A DNA stretch of 58,709 nt from Polymyxa betae A26-41 (taxonomy: Eukaryota; Protista; Endomyxa: Phytomyxea): assembly GCA_003693705.1 (NCBI GenBank), contig RBZT01000357.1, forward strand, positions 1 to 58,709. Direction: 5' to 3'. Below are positions 1-10,076 of this stretch, piece by piece. Under the pieces are notes generated by a model that had not been told where the DNA came from, did not search any database, and worked only from the letters and a program-made list of their open reading frames with translations. The position numbers and the translations under genes are program-made. Position 1 is the stretch's first letter; each line of letters opens with the position of its first letter.

Positions 1-669
1 CCTGCTATCCCCTCCACTGCCCAAGTTCCTCGTGCCGGATCTTACGCCAAGTCCCTCACCGAGCTCCACTCCTGGCTCCGCGACCAGATCTCCGTCGCCC
101 AGCAACGCTATCAAGACTATGCTGATCGTCATCGTGCTCCTGCCCCTACCTACTCCGTTGGTGACCGTGTCTGGTTGTCAACCTCTAACATCCCCTCCGT
201 CCGTCCCTGCCCCAAACTTTCGTCCCGCAAGATTGGTCCCTTCCCCATCAAACGCGTCTTAGGTCCTGTTACTGTTGAACTCGACCTCCCGCCATCCATG
301 AAAATTCACCCAGTCTTCCACGTCTCTCTCCTCACCCCTCACGTCCCCAACACCATCCCTCACCGTGTCCAACGTCCACGTCACCCTGTCTTCGTCGACA
401 ACGACTTATCCCTGACACCTCACTACCTGGTCAACTCTATTCTGGACTCCCGCTATTTTCGTTCCAAGCTCCAGTATCTTATTGATTGGCAAGGTTATGG
501 TCCTTCTGATCGTTCATGGGAACCTGCCGAAGTCATCGCCGCAGACGTTCCTGGCCTTGTCGCCGAATTCCATTATCTCCACCCCGATCTTCCCGGTCCT
601 GCCTTCACCGCCTCACAACCCTCTCGAGCGTCTGGTACCCGCTCGTCTAGAAAGGGGGTAATGTCATGA
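1..669 (+). CDS. 3' end of Ty3/Gypsy chromovirus pol: integrase C-terminal (Tf2-type SH3-like/GPF) region plus chromodomain; 5'-truncated by window edge
   Basis: Frame 1 is open from base 1 to the stop at 667-669: ...QRYQDYADRHR...VGDRVWL...KLSSRKIGPFPIKRV...IHPVFHVSLL, then chromodomain YLVNSILDSR...QYLIDWQGYGPSDRSWEP. Confidence 0.93.
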   Translation, partial: PAIPSTAQVPRAGSYAKSLTELHSWLRDQISVAQQRYQDYADRHRAPAPTYSVGDRVWLSTSNIPSVRPCPKLSSRKIGPFPIKRVLGPVTVELDLPPSMKIHPVFHVSLLTPHVPNTIPHRVQRPRHPVFVDNDLSLTPHYLVNSILDSRYFRSKLQYLIDWQGYGPSDRSWEPAEVIAADVPGLVAEFHYLHPDLPGPAFTASQPSRASGTRSSRKGVMS

Positions 670-857
670 TTCACTACTTCAGTTCAGCTTCCGAGCTACC
701 TCATGAGTCATCTACCATCAATTCCAAGTTCCTGTTGAATCAAGTATCTTGATTCACAACTTCGAACCTTTGCTTTCTTTGTTTATCGTAATACAATCAT
801 TCTCGAATCTATTCGATTCTTAATAGCTCTTGTTTGCCTGCTTCTTCGTATCCTTCA
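649..857 (+). mobile_element. Polypurine tract and 3' LTR of the first Gypsy element (LTR about 662-857)
   Basis: AGAAAGGGGG(TAA) directly precedes TGTCATG at 662. The probable CA terminus at 856-857 coincides with the stop of an interrupted minus-strand ORF. The partner LTR is outside the window, so the end is inferred. Confidence 0.65.
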
Positions 858-1278
858 CTTATTCTTCCTCGCCCTGTCCCAGTCCTCACAACCGTCGAGT
901 TCCTCCGACGGTTTCAATACTTCCAGATCGACGTCAAGGTTGCCGAAGAAAGCCTCGAGAGTAGCCATGGGGGCAGTCAGTAACCTTGATGTTGTTAGCA
1001 ACGACGGTGGTCCCCGGAACGCAATGTGTGGGGCAAAATAGGAAAATTTTTGTAAAAAACTTTGGATTTTTATCAAATATTGAAGCGACTATTCACAAAC
1101 AGCTTGTTAGCATTTTCAGTCACGACCAGGCCTCATAAAATAGTAAATGACTATTTTGACTATTTTTCCCTAAAATAGTCAATTTTTTCTCAAATATATT
1201 AGTAAAAATAGTCATTGTGTCTAAAATGGGCTCATTTGTATTAAAATGTGGAAAGAAAGCTAAAACGATGCCATTACA

Positions 1279-3158
1279 TCACTTCTGGAACTGCACCTGA
1301 CGGCATTGCAAGATGCCTTCCAAAGAGAAGTCAGTCAGCGAGTGACGGAAATCGTTTTTCTCCCATTTTAACGAAGAGAAGTCCGATTCTACTGAGGCAG
1401 TATTTGGAAAAACTGAAGCCAGACCCCCAGCGAATGCACACAGCTCCGGATACTCAGAAGACATTCCTTCAATACCCCAGGCCTCGTCAAAAGTAGTTGT
1501 TGAGAAATTACTGGAACGGGATAGGGCAGATTTGAAACGAGGTTGTTTTTCAAACCGAAGTTTCAGGTCGCGATGCTGAGAGCAGATATTCTCGATTTTC
1601 TTGCTTTTCCAGCTGGCAGAAATCCGCGAGTGTTGCTGCTCAACAAGCTCCACCAATTCTCTGGGCTTCATTTCTACGAACTCCAAAGGTAATGTGGGGA
1701 GAGGATCATTCAAAGAGCTGACATTAAATTCGTCTCGCTCAGCTCGGACTTCCTGCAACCCAGCAATGAGTGTGCTGAGCATTTCAGCAACACTCTCAAG
1801 GATCGCGTCCCGCTCTTCTGTTTGAGTCTCTCTTAACAAATGGAAAACAAACAGGCCTTGGTCCGTTAGAAACCCGTTCAAATCCTCTTTCGAATACCGC
1901 AATCCATGGCAAACGATTGCGTCATCTCTGGGTTCATCCTCAGTTGCATTTTCAGAGAATGCTAGCTTTTGGATTCGACTAATGCATTCGTTAATCTCAA
2001 AAGACTGCTGGCACAGCAGCGCCTGTTTCCCTTGGAGTCGCTGTACAGTGTCATTGACCTCTGTCGCAATCACTTTGACTGCAGCTAACTAAATCCAAAA
2101 AGTAAGTGGCGGCTCGCTTTTGCGTCTTTCGGCGTTAAGCGATTCGTAATGCTCTAAAATTTCAGTTCGAGACTCCAGGAGGTACGATGATACGCGAGAC
2201 ATTGATACCCATCGGGTGCCAGATAAGGCGGGACATGTCGATTTGAGACGGTCAATTAAGGATTTTTACCGACGAAGATGGGAAATCATACCAGTTAATG
2301 ATGTGTAGAGCTGGCCATCGTTGACTCGACGGAAAACGCGTTGCATTAAGTCCATTTGATGCAGAGCACACCAAATCCGGACGAAAGGATCCAGAGCGAC
2401 ATTGGAAATCCGCGTAACAAGTCCGGATATGTGGCCAGTCATGTTCGGAGCTCCGTCTGTTGAGCATGCAATAAGCTTGGACTTCCAGTCGTTACACAAA
2501 GCATCGAAAACAGTTTCAATCATGCTAAACATTGCAGAACCCGTGTGACTTCCAGAGAAAGGCATTGCAATAAGGTGGTGATTCAGAAGTTTGCCGTCAG
2601 AGTAAAGTCGACAGCTTATATCGATGTACGAGGTAGATTGGCAATCCGAACCATCGACAGCAATCGCAAATGCCCAAGAACCAGACAGAAGTCGCGAAAT
2701 ATTCTGGAAGGCGACAGCACAGACAATTCGGACGTACTTCGCAACGATCAAGTCATTGCAGTTGCCAAGCTTAACACAGTTGGTCACCGACTTAGCGTCC
2801 TGAACTGCAAATGCGGCTTGTCGGAACGAAAGACCACGTCCAACGAAACGTGTGGCCAGTTGATATTGCTTCACCTGTTTAACGCACACTTCGTATTTGT
2901 CACTGCTTTCGTTGAGCTTGAAGATGGAAAGCGCATTCGAACGGGAAGTATCGTTGGCGACATCATCGGGGTTCCAGAGAACACTCCCGATAATGACATC
3001 TACAATGTCTTTGTCAATGGTGAAGGTAAGGTGTTCAGATTGGGAATCCAAATAGAAAGGAATAAGCTCAGCTGCTTTGACAGGAACATCGAAGAATCCT
3101 TTCTTATCGTCGTCTGACAGAGCCTGGTACAGAGCCCATTGCTCGGGATGCTGCGACG
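1279..3158 (-). pseudogene. hAT transposase, central and C-terminal part (DDE core), with two in-frame stops
   Basis: Motifs AIAVDGSD (D1), CSTDGAPNMTG (D2), WCALH (CxxH), CPALSGTRW and FPNTASVESDFS (E). ORFs 2266-3186 and 1279-2073 are the same frame, broken by TAA (2266-2268) and TAG (2089-2091). Confidence 0.9.
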
Positions 3159-3365
3159 TGTGTAGTGCAGAAATAATTGCGAACACTTATTGCGCCCTAC
3201 TGTAACTGTTATGTTACATGTTATGTTACATGAAGTCTTGGAAGGTCCCATAACGAGAATTTGCATTCCTTTTTCTATATAAGGAGCACTAATGCCGTGG
3301 CAATAAATAGATTCCTTTTTCCTTATTATTTCTTATTTGGTTGAATTTTCGATTCAAGCAACAGA
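3159..3365 (+). repeat. 5' LTR
   Basis: Direct repeat of 8204-8410 with 5 substitutions. Contains a tandem TGTTATGTTACA duplication, TATATAA (3276-3282) and AATAAA. Confidence 0.95.
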
Positions 3366-3400
3366 ATAATTATTCTAGTGCTACGAAATTTGGAGACGCG

Positions 3401-6400
3401 ATGTCGAGTGCGACTGGTGCTCGTAACTCCCAGGATTCAATGGTGGTGGATGATCAGCCATCCATGACCGCAGGTCAAAATTCATCAATCGCTGAAGGCC
3501 AACGGCAGTCACAAATGCCGTTTGGTGCCGGATTGGCATCGACTCTATCGTGTGATAGGGTTGCGGGTGCCATGGTTCATGTGGAGGCCAATGAGGCACC
3601 AGTGCTCCGCTCCACTGATACGTATGAAATTTTGAACTGGTTGGAGAAATACCGCGTTTATATTCTCCGTGTGGAGGATGCTTGTAGAGCCAGTGTTGGC
3701 CATATCCCTGGGTCACCCAGTGTTGCGTCCATGATTGACCCTCCATTAGTACAGATGATTGCCAAGTTGCATCTAAAAATAAATATTGAACAGCTGACAG
3801 ATGAAGTGCTGCTCGGCTTTTTGAAAGAGTACGTGAAGAAATACAAGACTTCTCATTCGAGGGTCCACGTCATCTTTAAGGAAGAACTCAAAATGGATAT
3901 GAACATAAAGTCACCGTTTGCTCGGTTGGACGCCCTTGTGTGTTTGAAGGATGACATCACCCGACGACATAACCTGCAGGATGTGTTTAACAGTGATGCT
4001 GGCAAGAAGAATTGGGTGCGCTTCATGTTGAATGCGTTGCAACCATATCGTTTGCGACAGCATATGCGCAGGATTGTGGAGATTACGCGGCCTGAACTTC
4101 AAAATAACCCTGAGCTGTTTTTTGAAGAGGCTGGAAAGCAGATCCCCATGTTTGAAAGTGACGTTGTTATGCAGAGCCGTCCAGGCTCTCATAAACGAAA
4201 GTCTTCCGAAATGGGCCATGCGAAGGGTTCGAATTCTGCAACAAAGTTTTCTAAGCAGGAAATAACCTGCTTCAAGTGCCGTCCGCCCGGGCATCGGATG
4301 TCTGAGTGCCCATTGCAACCATCTGTTACAGAACAGAAGGAGATTTTCAAACATCAGCGTGACATGAAGAAAGGAAATAAACACATTAAGAAGTCCTCTT
4401 ACGCTTTTGTAGCGCGAATTTCGGAGAGTGACTGCTTGAATGGACAAAGCAAATATGACGCTTCGGTGGAAGTGAAATTTGCTAATGGACAGGTAGATTG
4501 CGTGGGCATTCTGGATAGCGGTTCAGATCTTACCATCATACCAGAGTCTTTGGTTGATAGGTTCCTGAAGTTAGGGATTGACTTAAGGATGATTCCGATT
4601 CCAGAGCCATTGACTATGACTTTGGCTAATAATGCCACTGCAACAATTACAAGGAAAGTTCTCCTTGATATTACTTTACAGACCAAGGCGGGGAATGTTG
4701 TTATTCCGGACCAACCATGCTTGATCTGGAACACACCAAGAAATGAGGTTTTTCTTGGGAATGATTTATTACGCACCATTGGAACTGATCCAAAATCTGC
4801 TTTGGACAATTTCATTCTTAAACAGGATAGTCAGATCACTGAAAATCAAACCAGTGATGAATTTGATATTTCAATCATACCTGAGGTTGGTATTGATTGT
4901 GATTCTGACATGGAAAATCTGCTGAAGCAGAAAGTGCGAGATTGTCTCGCAAATGGAATGTCGGAAAGATTTAGTGAGAAACTTTTGCGACTATTACTAA
5001 GTGTAAAAAATGTATGGAGACGGAAGTTAGGTCCGGATCCGCCTGCATTAGTAACTTTGATGAAAACAGAGTTAATTGCAGATTGTAAACCTGTGCGTTG
5101 TAAAGTTCGCTTATATACAAAAGAGCAAAGTGAATTCTTGTATGAATTTACAACACAGCTCAAGCAATATGGATTTGTATATGAGAATTACAATAGCCGA
5201 TGGGCACGTCCAGTTTTAGTTGTTGCAAAACCTGGCAAACAACATGAATTTCGAATGTGTGTTGATCTGAGAGCTGTAAATGCTTTGTGTGAAGCCACAG
5301 CTTGGCCAATGCCATTCCTTGAATCTATTGTAAGGAATCTAGCAGGATCTAGATATTGGTTTCTTCTGGACTGGATAATTCCTTTAGCAAAAGAGTGTCA
5401 GGAGATGTTTTCTTTTATGACAGATCGTGCTGTCTTCACACCAACAAGATCTATTCAGGGAGCGCTGAATTCAGCAACACAATTTCAGGCTCGAATGAAT
5501 GAGATATTTGTTGATCTGTTGTATAAATCGTTAATTATTTGGATTGATGATCTTCTGGGTTATGCTGACACAGAAGAGCGCTGGTTTTCTGTTTTGGAGA
5601 AAACATTAAATTTAGCCAATGGTTTCAATCTAATGCTTAATATCGATAAATGTAACTTTTTCCTGAAGGAGGTTAAATTCTGTGGTAGAATTTTCCGTCC
5701 ACAAGGAGTCTCGCATGATCCAAAGCGCATATCTGCTTTATGTGCCATGAATATGCCTGAGAAAGCGAATGAGTTACAGCAGTTGTTGATGGCTTCTCAA
5801 TGGATGAGTCGATCCATCCCCGATTATAATAAAATTGTCTCGCCATTGCAAGACATTTTTGAATTGGCTATGAAGAATCTGCCAAAACGAACTAAAGCAG
5901 TCGCGCGTGGTGTGCGATTAAAACTGTTTGGGTGGAACACCATTCACTCCTTAGCTGTAGAGAAGCTAAAGTTGGCTATTGCAAATACGGTGCAGTTATC
6001 GTATCCTAATGAGAATATGATACAATGTGTTTTTTGTGATGCAAGCCAACATTCTGCTAGTGGAATGGTTACCCAAATACCACCTGAAGATCAAAATAAG
6101 CCAGTGCATGAGCAACGACATGAGCCACTTGGTTTTGTTGGCCATCGGTTCAATCGTTCAGAGCTTAATTGGGCTATCATTGATAAAAAGAAGCTTTTGC
6201 AATTGTAGATACATTGCGAAAATTGGCATATTTGTTACATATGCCACGACCTTTTAAGTTATACTCTGATCATCGTAATTTGATCATGATGTATAATCCG
6301 CAGAAGTGCTCCAAACAGTCGTGTGAGCGATTGATTAGATGGGGACTTGAACTTCGTCAGTTCACTTTTACGATTCACCATATAGCCGGTGAAGAAAATG

Positions 6401-8071
6401 TTTGGGCAGACTTGCTCTCACGATGGGGTGCTGTTAACGAAAAAGCTCTCACCCAATTCGGTCTCAGGGCTATAACAGTTATTCCTGCAAGTCATGTCTG
6501 TAATTCCTCTCCAGTTGACGATCCTATGGCAAAATTTAGGGTTCAACCACTGGCGCCTGAGAAATTTGTCTGGCCAGACATATCGGAAATTGCGAATGAA
6601 CAAAGTGCTCATATGACTAATTGTAAATTGTCTATGAATGATGATAACTTGTTCATTGATGAACGCAAACGTGTGGTGATCCCAGTAGAGAGCAGGGAGC
6701 TCTGTGTCCGTCTGTGTGTGATTGCTCATGCAGGACTGAATAGTGGCCATATTGGATATAACGCTGCATTGAAATTACTGCAGTACTGGGTCTATTGGAA
6801 AGGAATGGAGGCTGATTTGAAAAATGTGTGTAACTCTTGTTTACACTGCCTCCCGACAAGAAGTGGATTAAAAAAGCCCCGACCCCTAGGTGAGGCTTGT
6901 CATGGGACTCGACCTAATCAAGTTATCCACTTTGATTATCTGTATATAATGTCAAGAGCAAAAGGCTCTTATCACGATTTTGAATGGATATTCATTATGC
7001 ACGATGGTTTTTCGGGCCTTGTAAAACTGACTCCAGCAGTTGTGCCTGATACTATGACAACTGTAGATGCATTGTTAGAGTGGCGATCACTCTTTGGAAC
7101 ATCAGAATTATATGATTCTGATCAGGCATCTTACCTTGTCTCAGAAACCATGCAGCAGTTTGCTCGCAGATGTTACACGAAACAGCATTGGACAGCCGCC
7201 TATGTCCATTACTCTAATGCACAGTAGAGGTGATTTGTAAGCTAGTGCTTGCTTTGATCAGAGCTCTCATTTCTGAGTTACGGTGGAACAAAGAAGATTT
7301 TCCATGGTTGGTCAAACTTATTGAGCATACGCTTAATCATCGGCCCCAGCGACGATTGTTGTGGAATGCACCGGTGACTGTAATGACAGGATTATCTGCT
7401 GATAATCCATTGAATGTTGTTTTCCATAATCCACGTAACGAAACACGTACACTGACAACGTTGTCAGCAGAGAGGATTCAGAGTCATGTTGAAAGACTCC
7501 AAAGAGCCTTGGATTCGATGCATAAATCGGTTTTGAAGGCAACTGAGCTTAAACGCGAAGTTCATCGTTTCAGCGATAAACGTGTTCGACAGAGAGCAAA
7601 CTTTGGTCTAGGAGACTTTGTGCTAGTCGGAGTTGTGGATCGCCATCCCAACCAAAAACTATACTTAAAATGGCGAGGGCCATACAAAATTGTTGAGCTG
7701 GTAAACGGTTATGTTTTCATAGTGGAAAACATAATTACCCAGGAGAGACAGCAGGTTCATGGTGGCCGTCTCTGCTTTATTGTGATTCAAAGCTGAATGT
7801 CACTGAAGAGCTAAAAACTCAGTTTGCATTTGATAATGCTAAATTTGAGATTGAAGCAATTTTGGATGTTCGCCAAAATTCTCAATCTGGAGAGTTAGAA
7901 CTGCTCATTCGCTGGAATGGGTTCAGTGATCTTGAAAATTCATGGGAACCTATAGATATTATCCAGACGGATGCACCGTCGATGGTTCGAAGGTTCTATC
8001 GTGCACATCTTCATCATCGACTTGCAGAACGTCTGCAATTGGTAATCAAGAGTGCGGGCCTGAAGGTGTAA
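3401..8071 (+). pseudogene. Gag-Pol polyprotein (zinc knuckle, aspartic protease, RT, RNase H, integrase, chromodomain), frameshifted
   Basis: CFKCRPPGHRMSEC knuckle; ILDSGS protease; RMCVDLR and IWIDD RT; FCDAS RNase H; H..H..CNSC..C and HFDY/SDQ/TVE integrase; KWRGPY; chromodomain ELLIRWNGFSDLENSWEP. Frameshifts near 6186, 7222 and 7778, and an apparent short in-frame deletion in RT (FLLD-WIIPL). Confidence 0.93.
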
Positions 8072-8203
8072 GTGACTTGGAGCAGACCTTTTCCCATAAC
8101 TTGCCACTTATGGTTTTTTACTGGTGCTTGGTCCCCTTCAAAATTTGTTCAAGTCTCACTACAACCGCCTTAGTTTTCTTTGAAAACTTTTGGGAGGAGG
8201 AAG

Positions 8204-8410
8204 TGTGTAGTGCAGAAATAATTGCGAACACTTATTGCGCCCTACTGTAACTGTTATGTTACATGTTATGTTACATGAAGTCTTGGAAGGTCCCATAACG
8301 AGAATTTGCATTCCTTTTTCTATATAAGGAGCACTAATGCCGTGGCAATAAACAGATTACTTTTTCCTTATTATTTCTTATTTGGTTGAATCTCCGATTC
8401 AAGCCACAGA
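8204..8410 (+). repeat. 3' LTR
   Basis: Follows the PPT; matches 3159-3365. Confidence 0.95.
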
Positions 8411-8650
8411 GACGTAAGATGCGCTCGATAATTCTGAGTACGAAAAGGTGATTTTAAAATCCAACTGGACTGAGAAGCCTTCTTCTCTCGACCGAAAGCA
8501 GTGCAAAAAGAGCATCGAGCGCCCAGATCACACCTCCGTGACCATAATCGCAGGGCTTGACACCAAACAGCAGCTGATGCTTGGGCTGGAAGGGGGTCGT
8601 GACAGTTCCGGAGACTTTTTGTTTCGTACTAGCGTGAGCGGATGACTTGG
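8411..8650 (-). pseudogene. hAT transposase N-terminal part (Cys/His zinc-finger-like), frameshifted
   Basis: TTPFQPKHQLLFGVKPC, then after a frameshift ARCSFCTAFGREKK...SPFRTQNYRAHLT, which joins SQHPEQW on the far side of the Gypsy insertion. Start codon not resolved. Confidence 0.75.
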
Positions 8651-9074
8651 CGAGAGAGAAGCGACAAGAACAGACGAGAAAATGGTCAAAAAATGATGCT
8701 GGATTGACGAGAACTGCATGGAGACAACAGTCACGCAGTCCGAAACTCACAAAATCGGGAATTTAGTTCAAAATTGTCTAACAAAAAAAACCGTAAAATA
8801 GTCATTTTTTCAGGGTGAAAATAGTCAAAATAGTCATCTACCGGTATTTATAGAAGGACTATTTTTATGAGGCCTGGTCACGACCCGGTCAAACGATGCC
8901 ATCTCGGAAAAGTGCGCACCCGTTATAATATAACGGGTCCACGGATCAGGGGTAATCCTGTTCACAATACTATAGCAACAAAATCTGCGTACGCAAAATA
9001 CATTTTTTGACTGTAAAAGTAAAAGTGCGTAGAGAATCCATCCGCACTTATGCTTTTTGTGTCTTTTTCCCATA

Positions 9075-9453
9075 CCGTACCGGAAGTCTTAATCCTCATC
9101 TGCGCCCTTACAAAATCGCATATATCCCTAAGGCTCCGGGCCCAAGACCCATCGGCCACCAAACTCTCTATAAATCGATAGATCTCATCGTCCTGAGCAA
9201 GACTATTGAATTATTTTTCAAAAATATTGATTATTTGCAGAGTTTTAGTGAAAAAAGGTTGTATGAGCTGGCATATTTTTGGCAGCTGTATGGGGGATTG
9301 TAGAGAAAACTCACACGCAGTTTTGAATATCCACGCGCACGTTTCGAAAGTGATAAAAAAATAATTTGCGCAGTCACGCCTTCTTAAAAATGATGGCGTA
9401 CGCATTTTGGAAATCAATTTGGCAGTACATGAGGATTAAGACTTCCGGTACGG
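9075..9453. mobile_element. Non-autonomous Tc1/mariner-pogo-type MITE (379 bp)
   Basis: Perfect 25-bp TIRs CCGTACCGGAAGTCTTAATCCTCAT (9075-9099) and its reverse complement (9429-9453), flanked by TA on both sides; no coding capacity. Confidence 0.9.
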
Positions 9454-10076
9454 TACAAGTGACAGTTCTTCTTATAACTTCCAAGTGTTATAACTGCGCA
9501 AGGAAAATTACGATTTTCAAAATCGAGACGATAAAATGTTTGTCTCGATGAGATCTGCGTTTTGTCGTCTTGTTTGGGAGCCCTCGGTCACGGCACCGAC
9601 CCATATAATCTTTGGGCTCCTGGCCTTATCAAAAAATACAGAGTTAAGATGTCCGCTACGGTAGTCCATTATAGAGGTACGTCGGCCAAAAAAAAAAATT
9701 AGACGGCACCTCTTCCAAATACATCTGAATAAAAGGCTTGCGCTGAGCAGCAAAATGTTAACAAAAGTCAAAAACCTCGATTATTAGGCACACGCACTTT
9801 CGCCATCATAGGGATTTTAAAACCCTTGGATAGAAGGAATACTTTACGTTACCTTGAATACAGGGCATATATGCCTTATCTTCGAGGGATAGCCTACCGT
9901 AGGCGAGTACCTATGGAAAAAAATCCACCCTTGAAAATTAAGGCAGTATGCCTTATGTCAATGTGCGGGGAAAAACGATAGTTGTTATAAGAAAACACCG
10001 TTATGTGCCTTTATAAAGAGGGAGTCTACATACAAAATAACTGCGATCCAGTAAAATGCTCTAACAAAAGCAAATT

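Larger units (their letters stand above)
3159..8410 (+). mobile_element. Full-length Ty3/Gypsy LTR retrotransposon with chromodomain, inserted antisense into the hAT transposase
   Basis: Two 207-bp direct LTRs, PPT GGGAGGAGGAAG at 8192-8203, gag-PR-RT-RH-IN-chromo order, and duplicated target GACG(T) on both flanks. Removing it restores the transposase frame (...NYRAHLT|SQHPEQW...). Confidence 0.96.
1127..8876 (-). mobile_element. hAT-superfamily DNA transposon, complete ends, interrupted by an LTR retrotransposon
   Basis: Perfect 14-bp TIRs CAGGCCTCATAAAA (1127-1140) and TTTTATGAGGCCTG (8863-8876). 8-bp TSD GTCACGAC at 1119-1126 and 8877-8884. Multiple subterminal AAAATAGTC/GACTATTTT motifs at both ends. 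Confidence 0.95.

Noticed and set aside
32-262. 76-aa Pro/Ser-rich ORF
   Set aside because: Alternative frame of the C-rich integrase coding sequence.
2545-3117. 190-aa plus-strand ORF
   Set aside because: Antisense shadow of the hAT transposase; no motifs.
3341-3400. ORF-track start of gag-pol at TTG 3341
   Set aside because: Lies inside the LTR; the first ATG is at 3401.
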